The notes: generated by a model from the letters alone, not told the origin. Counted from the first letter of the stretch, positions 20,937-34,106 are shown. The stretch is DNA of 64,000 bases from Planctomycetota bacterium (GCA_031409275.1 JANNXA010000027.1:96001-160000), one strand, 5' to 3'. Numbers and translations are program-made.

Positions 20937-21635
20937 TCAGCTCGAACTCGCGAGCTCCTGCGTGGCTCGGGTGAGCCGTTGCGCCGGCACTTCGTGCGTC
21001 AGAGCGGCAAGGGCGGCGGCCAGTTGCGAGCGGGTCGCACCCAGGCGGCGCGCGCCCCGAAGATGGCTCTTGAGCTGCGCGGGGCAATCGAGCGCCGCGA
21101 GCGCGGCGACGGCCAGCAGTTCGCGCTCGCGCCCCTCGAGGCCGGCGCGCGTCAGCACGCGACCGTAGGCGTCCTCGAGCACCCAGTTCGAGTAATCGGC
21201 GGCGACGGCGTCGAGCCGCACGATCACCGCATCGCTCGCCGCGCCGTAGATCTTCCGGAAGAGCGCTCGGCCACGCGCTCGATCCGCCACCCGCGTTCGT
21301 GAAGCGACGCGAGCAGGGGCCTTCGGCGGGATCGAGCGCCGCGAGCTTGCGATCTCGGCGAGCGCCGTCTCGAGCTGGCGCAATCCCTGGATGGCACGCG
21401 GGAAACCGCAGAAGAGGTGCGCCATCCGGGCGACTTCGAGGAGCCGCACGCGCGACTCTCCCGTCGCGAGCGCCGCCGAGTAGTGGCGACGGGTCGCCGG
21501 CTCGCGACCGTCGACGGTCGCCACGAAGGCGCGGATCGCGTGGGCGAAACCGGCGCCGAGCGGTGCGGTGCTCGCGGCGCGACGGCGCGCTGCGGTCGAT
21601 CGGTCAGGTCGTTGGGGTTGCGAACGCTTTGCCAC
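20937..21635 (-). CDS. Carboxymuconolactone decarboxylase / AhpD-like protein
   Basis: LFCGFPRAI, AYGRVLTRAGL..RERELL, QLKSHLRGA; start approximate. Confidence 0.75.
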   Translation of the reverse strand: MAKRSQPQRPDRSTAARRRAASTAPLGAGFAHAIRAFVATVDGREPATRRHYSAALATGESRVRLLEVARMAHLFCGFPRAIQGLRQLETALAEIASSRRSIPPKAPARVASRTRVADRARGRALFRKIYGAASDAVIVRLDAVAADYSNWVLEDAYGRVLTRAGLEGRERELLAVAALAALDCPAQLKSHLRGARRLGATRSQLAAALAALTHEVPAQRLTRATQELASSS

Positions 21636-21924
21636 TCTGCCTCGCTCCTCGCCACGGTCGCCGCGCATCTTTCGCCGTCCGCCGGCGCTCCACAAGTGGC
21701 ATTGCGCGCGGTCTGGCGGGACCGTCACCGCGCCTGCTGGGTGACGTCCAACGATCGTTGCACGGGCGCCGCGCCGCTCGTCGTGCGAGCCGTCGCCCGT
21801 GTCACAGGTCGGGGGGATCTCGACGGTGGGTTGCGGATGGCGGCGCAGACGGCAAGCTCGCGGCGCTGCGGCACGCTCGCACCCTGCATGGTGCGAGCCG
21901 CTCGTCGCCCTGGGAGAGTTCGGC

Positions 21925-23808
21925 ATGGGCTTTGGATTCATCGACCCGCGATCACGTGCGCTGCTCGTTGCGCTGCTCGTTCCGCTCGCCGCCGCAGCGG
22001 CGCAGCCGCTTCCGCAGGAGGGGACACCGCCGAAGCAGGACGCGCCGCCGGCCGCGGCGCCAAAGCCCCAGGCGCGCACCAATCGAGCTGCCGTCGCCAA
22101 CCTGCCGATCGCCGACGTCACGAACTACCGTGGCGGCCTCACCGCTGCGGTCACTTCAGCGAGCGCCCACTTCGACGTCGATCTGCGCGGCGTCGACCTC
22201 ACCGCCGATCCGCTCCTGATCGTGAATGGGTCGCCGATTTCACAGGCCGACCTCTCGCGCCAGATCGCGTTTTCGTTCGGTGCCAACGAGATCGAACAGT
22301 TCCTCACCGGCGTGATGCTGCGGCGGGTGAAGGCGGAGCTCGCTGCGGCCGGCCATCCGGTGCCGCCGAGCACCATCACCGAAGACGAGATCAAGAAGAA
22401 GTTCGAGGAGGACAAGAAGGTCATCCCGCAGATGCGTGGCATGACGCCGGAGCAGTACGAGAAGGCGATCCTCGAGGGGATCGGCTGGCCGCGCTACGTC
22501 GAGTTCCAGCGCCAGCAGATGGAGTTCGAGCGCTTCTTCCTGCCCGATCCGCCGGAGGAATGGGCGAAGCACCAGCGCGAGCTCACCAAGGAGCTCGACG
22601 ACGCGGAGACCAAGAAGGAAGAGGAGCGCAAGGCGAAGGAGGCCGCGGAGGCGGCCGCTTCAGGCGGCGCGAAAGAGGCCGGGAAAGATGACGGGAAAGA
22701 GGCCGCGAAGCCCAATCCGCAGATGCCCCCCGCGCCACCTGCCGACCTTTCCTTCATCCCCGCCAAGACGTGGGAGCTCCTCGACGAGCGCACCGCGGCG
22801 ACGCTCAAGCTGAACTACGCGCGCGGCAACAGCCTGCATCCGCTGATGCGCGGCGGGCTGATCGGCAGCTTCCGCAAGAAGCTCCTGGCGACGGTCGAGG
22901 TGCGCGCCGGTCGTCCCGACGAGCCCGACGTTGCCATCGTCTGCGGCGACGAGAAGTTCGCGATGAAGGAGCTGCTCGCATTGGTTGGCGGGCGCCTCGA
23001 GGACGATGCGCGGCGGATCGCGTTGCGCGAGCTCCTGAACCTGCGCGCGGTCGATGCACGCCTCGCCAAAGAGGGTGTCCTCCTGCCCGAAGCCGAAGGC
23101 GACGCGCGGATGCGCGAGTGGCGCAAGAAGTACGACGGCTCGCTGATCCAGGCCGAGCAGATCGTCGCGGCGTACGGCTACAACAGCGTGTGGCACTTCC
23201 GCGAGGTGTTCCGCCGCAAGCAGTCGTATCGGCAGCTCGTCGAAGTCGGACTCACCGAAGAGAAGGTGAAGAACCACTACGACAACGCCGGTCGCGTCTT
23301 CTTCGAGGGCGGCACCGTGATCGGGCAGCTGCTCTTCATTCCGGGCCCCGACAAGGAGGCGTCGCGGGCGCAGATCGACGCGCTGCTCGCCGAGGTCGGC
23401 GCGGGAACGCGCAGCTTCGCGGCCGTCGCGCGCGAAGCGGGCAAGTACCCGGACGGCGCCGAGATCCACTCGGGCGCGCTGTCGCCGTTGGTTCGCAACA
23501 AGCTGCGTTCGGCGCTGAACGAGGCGGAGTACACCAACTTCCTCACGGGCTACTCCTTCGCGGACGAGGCGTTCTACGCGGCCAAGGAGGGCTCGATCAT
23601 CGGTCCGATCTGGCGCGACCTCGTGCCCGAGAAGACGGGTTGGTACGCCTTCCACATCGACCGCTTCTTCACGACCGGCTCGCGACCGGCGCTGCTCGAC
23701 CCGAAGGTGCGTGATCGGGCGATCGACGACCTCGTCGACGTCACCTTCCCGCGCTACGTGAACGAGGCGCTCTCGCGCAGCTCGATCGAGCTCCCGCCGA
23801 AGAAGTGA
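21925..23808 (+). CDS. Exported SurA/PpiC-like (parvulin-type) chaperone
   Basis: Signal peptide; IVNGSPIS, ITEDEIKKKF, LTEEKVKNHY, SFAAVARE, GSIIGPI...GW. Confidence 0.6.
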   Translation: MGFGFIDPRSRALLVALLVPLAAAAAQPLPQEGTPPKQDAPPAAAPKPQARTNRAAVANLPIADVTNYRGGLTAAVTSASAHFDVDLRGVDLTADPLLIVNGSPISQADLSRQIAFSFGANEIEQFLTGVMLRRVKAELAAAGHPVPPSTITEDEIKKKFEEDKKVIPQMRGMTPEQYEKAILEGIGWPRYVEFQRQQMEFERFFLPDPPEEWAKHQRELTKELDDAETKKEEERKAKEAAEAAASGGAKEAGKDDGKEAAKPNPQMPPAPPADLSFIPAKTWELLDERTAATLKLNYARGNSLHPLMRGGLIGSFRKKLLATVEVRAGRPDEPDVAIVCGDEKFAMKELLALVGGRLEDDARRIALRELLNLRAVDARLAKEGVLLPEAEGDARMREWRKKYDGSLIQAEQIVAAYGYNSVWHFREVFRRKQSYRQLVEVGLTEEKVKNHYDNAGRVFFEGGTVIGQLLFIPGPDKEASRAQIDALLAEVGAGTRSFAAVAREAGKYPDGAEIHSGALSPLVRNKLRSALNEAEYTNFLTGYSFADEAFYAAKEGSIIGPIWRDLVPEKTGWYAFHIDRFFTTGSRPALLDPKVRDRAIDDLVDVTFPRYVNEALSRSSIELPPKK

Positions 23809-24602
23809 GCGGCGCGGCCGATGCCGTCGGAGGCTGTCGTTCCCGCCCTCCGGCGGAATCGCGTCGACGCGTGCGTCTGCTGATGGGAGGGGCCGCGGCC
23901 CCGGCCTTCAACCTCGCGCTCGATGAGGCGCTGCTGCACGGTGAAGGTGCCGTCGTGCGCCTGTACGAATGGGAGCCGCCCGGACTGTCGCTCGGCTACT
24001 TCCAGAAGTTCGCCGAACTCGATCTCGCACCGATCGAGCGCCGCGGTTTCGTCGTCGTTCGCCGGCCGACCGGCGGCGGCGCGATCGCGCACATCGACGA
24101 GCTGACGTTCTGCATCGCGGACGACGTCGGCGGCGGCTTCTTCGATGCGGACGTGCGCGCGGGTTACCGGCGCATCCATCGCGCCTTCGCCGCCGCGCTG
24201 CTGCAGCTCGGCGCCAGCACCAAGGAGCGCGGTGAGGCGCCGCTCGTCAGCGACGAGCCGAGCGCGGAGTGGCTCTGCTTCTACAAATCGAGCAGCGTCG
24301 ACCTCGAGGCGCGCGGCCGCAAGCTGCTCGGTTCGGCGCAGCGGCGAGTCGGCCGGAGAGTCATGCATCACGGCTCGTTGCCGTTGCGCCCCAATCCGGT
24401 GACCCCCGGCGCGGCGAACGTGGCCGGAGAACTCGGGCGCGCCGTGGCGGCGGGGGAGGTCGCTGCCGCGCTCGTCGATGCGTTCGAAGCGGAGTTCGAT
24501 TGCCAACTCGTGGCCGACTCGCCGACGCGGGACGAGCTCGATCGCGCCGCGCTCCTCGTGGCCGAGAAGTACGGTCAGGCGATCTGGACGAGAGCCCGCT
24601 GA
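23805..24602 (+). CDS. Lipoate-protein ligase A / LipM-like octanoyltransferase
   Basis: NLALDEALL, RLYEWEPPGLSLGYFQ, VRRPTGGGAI.H, RKLLGSAQRR, HGSL. Confidence 0.88.
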   Translation: MSGAADAVGGCRSRPPAESRRRVRLLMGGAAAPAFNLALDEALLHGEGAVVRLYEWEPPGLSLGYFQKFAELDLAPIERRGFVVVRRPTGGGAIAHIDELTFCIADDVGGGFFDADVRAGYRRIHRAFAAALLQLGASTKERGEAPLVSDEPSAEWLCFYKSSSVDLEARGRKLLGSAQRRVGRRVMHHGSLPLRPNPVTPGAANVAGELGRAVAAGEVAAALVDAFEAEFDCQLVADSPTRDELDRAALLVAEKYGQAIWTRAR

Positions 24603-24669
24603 CGGACGCGGCCGCAGCGGCGCCGCTCGTGCCGCCGCTATCGTTCGCCGCGCCACTCGACCGGGTGGC

Positions 24670-25812
24670 GTGGTCCTGCGGGGAGACATCGCGATATCGA
24701 TCGATCGGGCAGCACTCGCACGCGGGCTGGGGCAGAGCCTCTGGTACGACAACATCTCGCGAGCGCTGCTGCGCGACGGCACCATCGAGCGGCTCGTGGC
24801 GGGCGGCGTGATCACGGGCATCACCACCAATCCGGCGATCTTCCAGAAGGCGCTCGAAGGGGGCGGCGATTACGACCGCGAGATCGCCGTGCTCGCCGCG
24901 CAGGGGCTTGCCGCGGAGGCGATCTACGACCGCCTCACGATCGCCGACGTGCAGTCTGCCGCCGATCTGCTGAAGCCCGTATGGGAGCGCTCGCAGGGCA
25001 AGGACGGCTACGTCTCGCTCGAAGTGCTCCCGCGCTTCGCCGCCGACGCCGCGGCGACCGTCGCCGAGGGCAAACGGCTGTTCAAGGAGTGCTCGCGCCA
25101 GAACGTGATGATCAAGGTGCCGGGCACCGCCGCGGGCGTCGAGGCGTTCCGATTGCTGACCGAGGCGGGCGTCCACGTGAACGTGACGCTGCTCTTCTCG
25201 CTCGAGCAGTACGAGGCGATCGCGCAGGCCTGGATCGCCGCGCTGCGCCACCGCATGAAGAAGGGCTTCGCGATCCACACGCTCGCCTCGGTGGCGAGCT
25301 TCTTCGTGAGCCGCGTCGACAACGCCATCGATCCGCAGCTCGATCAGAAGGCCGCCGCCGATCCGGGCGCGCGCGCCGAGCTGCTCGCCCTGCGCGGCAA
25401 GGCGGCAGTGGCCAATTGCAAGGCGGCCTACGCCCGCTTCCGCGAGCTGTTCGGCAAGGAGTTCGACGACTGCCGCGCGAAGGGCGGACGCGTGCAGCGC
25501 ATGCTGTGGGCGTCGACCAGCACGAAGAACCCCGCTTACGACGACCTGCTCTACGTCGAGAACCTCTTCGGCCCCGACACCGTCAACACGCTGCCGCCGG
25601 CGACGCTCGACGCGTTCCTGCACCATGGCGCGGCGCGCTCCGCCACCGTGCTCGAGAAGCAGGGCGACGCGCTCGAGACGCTGAAGGCGCTCGCCCATCA
25701 CGACGTCGACCTCGACGCCGTCTGCCGCAAGCTTCAGGACGACGGCGTCGCCGCCTTCGCGAAGAGCTTCGACACGCTGATCGCGGCCATCGAGAAGAAG
25801 CGCAAGGCCTGA
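24670..25812 (+). CDS. tal: Transaldolase
   Basis: GQSLWYDNISR, GITTNPAIF, GYVSLEV.P, NVMIKVP, VNVTLLFS, SVASFFVSRVD, LWASTSTKNP; start is GTG 24670 or ATA 24694. Confidence 0.93.
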   Translation: MVLRGDIAISIDRAALARGLGQSLWYDNISRALLRDGTIERLVAGGVITGITTNPAIFQKALEGGGDYDREIAVLAAQGLAAEAIYDRLTIADVQSAADLLKPVWERSQGKDGYVSLEVLPRFAADAAATVAEGKRLFKECSRQNVMIKVPGTAAGVEAFRLLTEAGVHVNVTLLFSLEQYEAIAQAWIAALRHRMKKGFAIHTLASVASFFVSRVDNAIDPQLDQKAAADPGARAELLALRGKAAVANCKAAYARFRELFGKEFDDCRAKGGRVQRMLWASTSTKNPAYDDLLYVENLFGPDTVNTLPPATLDAFLHHGAARSATVLEKQGDALETLKALAHHDVDLDAVCRKLQDDGVAAFAKSFDTLIAAIEKKRKA

Positions 25813-25830
25813 ACGGGCCGCGCGGGCCGC

Positions 25831-28749
<2,919 letters not shown>

Positions 28750-28777
28750 GGCGATCCGCAGCAGCGCGTGGCCCGGC

Positions 28778-29161
28778 TCAGTGCTCGTCGGCGCACTTCT
28801 TCTCGTAGGCGGCCGCGTCGAGCAGGCTGTTCCACTCGGCGTCGCTGGCGACCTTGAACTTGAGCATCCAGCCCTTGTTCCACGGATCGGCGGTGAGGCT
28901 CGCGATGTCATCGACGAGCGCCTGGTTCACCGCGCTCACCTCGCCGCCGATCGGCGCGAAGAGCTCGGAGACGGCCTTGACCGACTCGATCTCGCCGAAG
29001 CGGTCACCCTTCTTCAGCTTGGCGCCGACCGCGGGAAGCGACAGGAAGGTGAGGTCGGAGAGGTGCTCGACCGCGAACGCGGTGATGCCGACGGTCACGA
29101 CGTTGCCGTCTTTCTTGGCCCATTCGTGCGATTCGAGGTAGCGGCGATCGCTGGGAACCAT
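28778..29161 (-). CDS. gcvH: Glycine cleavage system H protein
   Basis: SHEW, VGIT.FA, lipoyl motif [16 protein letters not shown]. Confidence 0.95.
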   Translation of the reverse strand: MVPSDRRYLESHEWAKKDGNVVTVGITAFAVEHLSDLTFLSLPAVGAKLKKGDRFGEIESVKAVSELFAPIGGEVSAVNQALVDDIASLTADPWNKGWMLKFKVASDAEWNSLLDAAAYEKKCADEH

Positions 29162-29273
29162 GGGTGCCTGTCGACTCCAGGTTGGAGGCAGGCGCGCAGC
29201 AGCGGAGATCGCGGCGGCGAGCCGACCCGGCGGAAAAGGGCCGGGATGATAACGGCTCCTGCCAACCTCAGCG

Positions 29274-29603
29274 TCACGCCTCGCGGGTGAGCTCGCGTGC
29301 CAGAGCGTCCCAATCGATCGCGCGGAGCGCGTGGCGCTCGATCGGCGGCAGCGCGGCGAAGTGGTCGCACTCGGCCGGGTCGCGGAAGTCGCCATAGGGG
29401 AGGTGGCTGCTGCGGACCATGCGCTCGCTCTCCCCGAGGTTCGGAGCGAGCAGCGCCGCGATGGAGCCCGGGGCGACCAGGAAGATGTCGCGGGGAACCG
29501 GCGGGACGACGGCCGGGCGGGACGCGGCAGGACGACGGCGCCAGAGCGCTCGCCAGAGCCGAACGAGTCGGATGCACCAGTGACTGAAAGGGCTCGCCGT
29601 CAT
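29274..29603 (-). CDS. Hypothetical protein
   Basis: 109-aa ORF from ATG 29603 filling the gap between gcvH and the DUF4388 operon. Confidence 0.45.
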   Translation of the reverse strand: MTASPFSHWCIRLVRLWRALWRRRPAASRPAVVPPVPRDIFLVAPGSIAALLAPNLGESERMVRSSHLPYGDFRDPAECDHFAALPPIERHALRAIDWDALARELTREA

Positions 29604-29805
29604 CGTGGGGCGCGACCGTACCACCGGCTCCCCAGCGCCACAAGCACCCGGTGAAGCTCGCGCCGGCGAGAAAGGATTGCCGACCGTCGCCACCTGCGAC
29701 TTCGGGAGCGGCGTCGATCCAAGTTGCAAGCCCGCCCGCGCCGATGACGGGGCGATGGAATCGTGCCGGCGTTGTGCCGGCAGCGTCTTCTCGTGCGCGA
29801 GCTCC

Positions 29806-32520
29806 ATGGCACTCACCGGCGACCTCGGATCGATCGACCTCGTCAACGTCTTCCAGATGCTCTTGCTGAGCCAGAAGACGGGAACGCTGGTGATCCGTTC
29901 GCGCGGGAGCCGCAGCGAGGTCTATCTCGACTCCGACAGCGTCCTCGTGCCGTTCGATCGCGACGCCTACCCGACGCGGGTCGTCAAGGCGCTCGAGCGC
30001 GCGGGCAAGCTCACCGCCGAGCAGGTGGCGCGCGCGCAGGCGAGCCTCGGAGTGGTCCAGCGCGACCTCTTCACCATCCTGCTGCAGATGCGGGCCGTCA
30101 CCTCCGAGGACTTCTCGGCCGCGTGGCGCGCCGAGATGGAAGAGGAGATCTACGAGCTGTTCGTCGATCGCGCGGCGACCTTCGAGTTCCGCGAGGGCGA
30201 AGCGCCGAGCCTGCCCGGCAAGGTGGTCGACGAACGCTACCGCCTCTCCGGAAGCGGACTGCTGATGGAGGCCGCCCGTCGAATCGACGAGTGGGGGTTC
30301 ATCCGGGAACGCGTCGCGACCGACCGCTGCATCTTCGAGGTCAGCAATGGCGCGCAGGCGCTGCCGGAGTCGGAGCGCGACAGCGACATGATGGCGGTGG
30401 TGCGCGAGCTCGACGGCACGCGCCCGGTGACCGCCGTCGTTGCCCGAACCGGCGTCAAGCGCTTCACCGTCTGCAAGAAGCTGGCGCTGCTGGTCGAGCT
30501 GCACGCCGCCTACGAAGTCGGGCGCGATGCGCTGGTCGAACGCGCGCGCCGTTGCCTGCGCGAGCAGCGCGGTGAAGAAGGGTTGGCGCTGCTCGAGCGG
30601 GCGCTCGAACTCGGCTCCGACGATCCGCAGGCGCACGAGATGGCCGCGCTCGCCCATCAGTCGCTCGGTCGGATCGGCGAAGCGTGTCGACACCTCGCGC
30701 TGGTGGCCGAAGCGCTGGAACGGGCGGGCCAGCGGCGTCAGGCGGCGGAAGTGCACCTGCGCGTCCGTGACCTGCTGCCGACCGAGGTTCGCAGCCGCGA
30801 GCGGCTCGTGCACCATTGGCTCGACGATCCCGAGTTCTTCAAGGGCACGCGCTACCGCGCCGAGGACGAGGCGGTGGAGCTCGCGGCGATCCTGCGAGAA
30901 CTCGGCCGTGCCGAACAGGCGCGCGCTCTGCTCCTCGAGCTGGCGACACCCTTCGCGAAGGACTCGCGCCTGACCGGCAAGCTCGCCGACCTCGCCGTCG
31001 AGAGCGGCGAGCCGAAGCTCGCCGTCCAGCTTCTGGTCGATGGCAGCGACGCGCTGATGAAGGCGAAGCAGCCGGCGGCCGCGGCGCGCCTGCTGCGACG
31101 CGTGCGCATGATCGAGCCGAACCACGAAGGGCTCGACTCGCGACTCGCCTCGTGCGAGCGGCATGCCGCGCTCGCGCCGCTGCGCGGTGGCCGGTTGCTG
31201 CGCATCGGCTTCGGGCTCGTGATGCTGATCGGTGGCGCCGCGGGTGTCCTGCTCTACAACCGCGAGGCGCTCGCTTCCTTCGCGCAGCTGCCGATCGAGG
31301 AGCGGGCGGTCGCCGGCGACTTCGACGGGGCCTTGCAGGAACTCGAGCGTTTCCGCGAGGACTATCGAGGCGCCCTCACCGGATGGCTGATCGACGAACG
31401 CGTCGAGGTGCTGCGCTCGCGGCGCAACAGCGCGTCGACGGCGGCCGTCGAGCGCAAGGCGCTGCTCGCCACCGAGCAGGTTCGGCGCCAGAAGGTGGCC
31501 GAACGCAGCTACGGCGAGGCGCTCGACCATCTGCGACTCGGTGATCGCGTCGCGGCGCTCGCGGCTTTCGACCGGTCGGCCGAGCATGCGACCGATCCTC
31601 GATTCATCGCCGAACGCGCACCGGCGGGCAAGGCGCGCGAGCTGCGCGCGTTGCTCGATTCGGAGCAGCAGGAGCAGATCGCCTACGCGCAGGCGCACGA
31701 GCAGCAGTCGTGGGAGCGCATGCGCGAACTCGGGATGCGGCTGTTGGCGCGCCGTGATCCGCGCAGCGAGGAGGCGCCGATCCTGCTGCCGCTGCGCCTC
31801 GTCGTCGATCCGCCCGAAGCGCAGATCACGCTGACGCCGCCGCCGCTCGATGGCCAGGTCGCCAGGAGCCCGGCGCTGCTGCTGCTGCCGGCCGGAAGCG
31901 AGACGAAGGTCGTCGTGCGCTGTGCGGGACGCTGCGAGGTCGAGCTTTCGATCGCGCCGGAGCGAGGGTTCGAGCAGATCGTGCGCCTCGACTATCTGCC
32001 GGATCCTGCGTTCGAACTGCCGCATCGCGCCGCTTTCCCGGCGCTCGTCGTCGGCGATCTCGTCGTCGTCGCCTGCGAGGACGGGCGCGTGATCGCCGTC
32101 GATTCGCGCACGTTCGAGGAGCGCTGGCACCAGCAGCTTCCCGAGCTCGATGACGCCGCGGGTCCGCCGACCCTGGACGACGTGGGCATCCGCATCCCGA
32201 CCCGCAAAGGGGCGGTGGTCTGGCTCGATGCCACGGCGGGCGCGCGCGTGCAGTTTCAATCCACCGGGGGGACGGCCCAGGCCGCCGCGGGCAGCAACCA
32301 GGTGCGGCTGGCGGGCGGCATGAGCCTGGGCGCCGATGACACGCGTGTCACGTTGCGTGACAAGGCAGGCGTCTCGTTGGCGGTCTGGCGAACGCCTGGC
32401 CCGTCCGACTGGGGAGTCGCCGTCCCGGGGGGCGCGCTCTTCTGCTGCGGCGATCGCCTGGTGCGAATCGTTCCCGATCGGGTGCTCGCCTCCAAGTCGG
32501 CCGGGGAGAACGGTCGATGA
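29806..32520 (+). CDS. DUF4388 (PatA_N-like)-TPR-transmembrane protein with extracytoplasmic PEGA-like and PQQ-like repeats
   Basis: MALTGDLGSIDLVNVFQML...KTGTL, LLMEAARRIDEW; TPR-like helices; TM near 31195-31257; LVVVACEDGRVIAVD...ERW. Confidence 0.8.
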   Translation: MALTGDLGSIDLVNVFQMLLLSQKTGTLVIRSRGSRSEVYLDSDSVLVPFDRDAYPTRVVKALERAGKLTAEQVARAQASLGVVQRDLFTILLQMRAVTSEDFSAAWRAEMEEEIYELFVDRAATFEFREGEAPSLPGKVVDERYRLSGSGLLMEAARRIDEWGFIRERVATDRCIFEVSNGAQALPESERDSDMMAVVRELDGTRPVTAVVARTGVKRFTVCKKLALLVELHAAYEVGRDALVERARRCLREQRGEEGLALLERALELGSDDPQAHEMAALAHQSLGRIGEACRHLALVAEALERAGQRRQAAEVHLRVRDLLPTEVRSRERLVHHWLDDPEFFKGTRYRAEDEAVELAAILRELGRAEQARALLLELATPFAKDSRLTGKLADLAVESGEPKLAVQLLVDGSDALMKAKQPAAAARLLRRVRMIEPNHEGLDSRLASCERHAALAPLRGGRLLRIGFGLVMLIGGAAGVLLYNREALASFAQLPIEERAVAGDFDGALQELERFREDYRGALTGWLIDERVEVLRSRRNSASTAAVERKALLATEQVRRQKVAERSYGEALDHLRLGDRVAALAAFDRSAEHATDPRFIAERAPAGKARELRALLDSEQQEQIAYAQAHEQQSWERMRELGMRLLARRDPRSEEAPILLPLRLVVDPPEAQITLTPPPLDGQVARSPALLLLPAGSETKVVVRCAGRCEVELSIAPERGFEQIVRLDYLPDPAFELPHRAAFPALVVGDLVVVACEDGRVIAVDSRTFEERWHQQLPELDDAAGPPTLDDVGIRIPTRKGAVVWLDATAGARVQFQSTGGTAQAAAGSNQVRLAGGMSLGADDTRVTLRDKAGVSLAVWRTPGPSDWGVAVPGGALFCCGDRLVRIVPDRVLASKSAGENGR

Positions 32521-32589
32521 CTGGTCCGATGGACGTCCCGCCCAGCGGAACGTCGCTTCCGCATTCCTGATTCTGGAGCGCATGGCGTC

Positions 32590-33753
32590 GTGGGATTCCT
32601 GGCACGATCGCGTGATCGACTGCTGCTGTCGCGCCGGCTGGCGCGCTGGCGCGACGCGCCATCGCCGGCCGCATTGACCGAAGCGGTGCATACGCTGCTG
32701 CGCCTTGGCGAAGTCGAACGCGCCTGGACGCTCGCTCGCCAGGGCTACGCGAAGTTCAAGGACGACGACCTCGTTCGCGAGCTCTATCGAATCGTCGGTC
32801 GCGCCCACGCCGAGCACGGTCTCGTCGCCGCGCAGGACGAGGTGAAGAGCCGTCCGACCGCTGCGGCATTCGTCCGCCTCGCGCGCTTCGCGGTGCTGCT
32901 GCGCGACGTCGAAGGCGCATTCGTCGCGCTCGAGGAGTGCTTGCGCCGATTCCCCGCTTCCGCAGCGGCGCATGCCGCGCTCGGCGAGTTGCACGAGCAG
33001 CGCTGGCTGCGCGATCTCGCCGCGGCCGATGGCTGCGTCGTCCTCACGCATCTGCGCAAGGCGTGGCGGCTCGACGGCGCCGAGCCCACGCGTCCGCTGC
33101 GTCTCGCCGCGTTCCTGGCGCGCGTCGGCGCGGTGCGAGCGGCGCTGAACGTCGCCAACGAAGTACTGCACCTCCACGAGGAGCACGCCGATGCGATCGC
33201 CTTGCGCGACAGCCTCGCGCGTGTCGTCGCAGCGGGCGTGCAGGCGGGAACGATCGCCGCGGAAGGCGAGGAGGATGTCGAATCGCTCCTGCGCCAGATC
33301 GAGGAGAGCGGTCGCGTCGTCGGCGATCCGGGCGATGCGACGCGGGTGGCTCGCGAGAGCGAGCGCCTGCGCGCGTTCCTGCCGGCGTTGCGCGAGCGAA
33401 CCGGTTGCGAGAAGGCGTTGGTGGTCGAGCCCAAGGGCCACGCGCAGGACGAGCGCGGCGCGCTCGGCGCTTCGCCGCTCGTCAATCTTGCGGCCAACCT
33501 CTCCCGTTCAGGGCAGTTCACCGTGCGGCGGCTCGATCTCGGGCCGCTCCAGTCGGTGACGATGGTGACGACGGGCGGCTCGCTGCTGCTCCAGCGCGCG
33601 CAACGATGCCTGGTCGGCGTGCTGCTCGATCAACCCGACGCCGTCGAGCGCGGCAAGGCCGGCCTCGAGGATCTGGTGGCGGGTCGACTTCGCGCCACTC
33701 CGCTGGTCGCGTCGCGCCCGGTCGCCGCGCGCGTCGCCAAGGACCCCACATGA
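32590..33753 (+). CDS. TPR-like protein with C-terminal roadblock/LC7-like domain
   Basis: Helical repeats (ALEECLRRFP.SAAAHAALGEL); C-terminal GCEKALVV..KG...RRLDLGPLQSVTM.T.GGSLLL. Confidence 0.65.
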   Translation: MGFLARSRDRLLLSRRLARWRDAPSPAALTEAVHTLLRLGEVERAWTLARQGYAKFKDDDLVRELYRIVGRAHAEHGLVAAQDEVKSRPTAAAFVRLARFAVLLRDVEGAFVALEECLRRFPASAAAHAALGELHEQRWLRDLAAADGCVVLTHLRKAWRLDGAEPTRPLRLAAFLARVGAVRAALNVANEVLHLHEEHADAIALRDSLARVVAAGVQAGTIAAEGEEDVESLLRQIEESGRVVGDPGDATRVARESERLRAFLPALRERTGCEKALVVEPKGHAQDERGALGASPLVNLAANLSRSGQFTVRRLDLGPLQSVTMVTTGGSLLLQRAQRCLVGVLLDQPDAVERGKAGLEDLVAGRLRATPLVASRPVAARVAKDPT

Positions 33754-34106
33754 AAGAGATCCTTCAGCGGCTGGAAGGGGTGCCAGGCGTGGTCGGCGCG
33801 CTGGTGATGACGCTCGACGGCGTCGTCATCGCGTCCGTGCCGCAGGGGGTCGACCTCGATCGGACCGCCGCGTTCCTGTCGGCGGTCCTGCTCAGTGTCG
33901 AGAAGAGCGCCGAACAGCTCGGACTGGTGCCGCTGCAGCGACTCACGCTGGCGGCGACGCGCGGCCGACTGCTGCTCGTCCCGGTCGGCGAGCTGGCGCT
34001 CGCCGTCGTCGCCGACGGCACCACCGACCTCGGGCCGGCGCTGAACGAGGTGGCGGGGCTCACGAGGCGCCTGCTCCGGCAAAGCAAGATCAACGTGGCG
34101 GATTAG
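33750..34106 (+). CDS. Roadblock/LC7 domain protein
   Basis: ATGA overlap with the upstream gene; ILQRL..VPGVVGALVMTLDGVVIAS...LGL.PLQRLTL.ATRGRLLL. Confidence 0.88.
   Translation: MKEILQRLEGVPGVVGALVMTLDGVVIASVPQGVDLDRTAAFLSAVLLSVEKSAEQLGLVPLQRLTLAATRGRLLLVPVGELALAVVADGTTDLGPALNEVAGLTRRLLRQSKINVAD

Noticed and set aside
29162..29273. Glycine riboswitch upstream of gcvH
   Set aside because: Aptamer words (GGAGA, CCGAAG, CTCTCAGG) are absent and the space is short; only a TATCAT -10 box and an imperfect inverted repeat are seen. An RF00504 search would settle it.
29095..33441. 1448-aa minus-strand ORF
   Set aside because: Antisense shadow of the DUF4388 and TPR genes.
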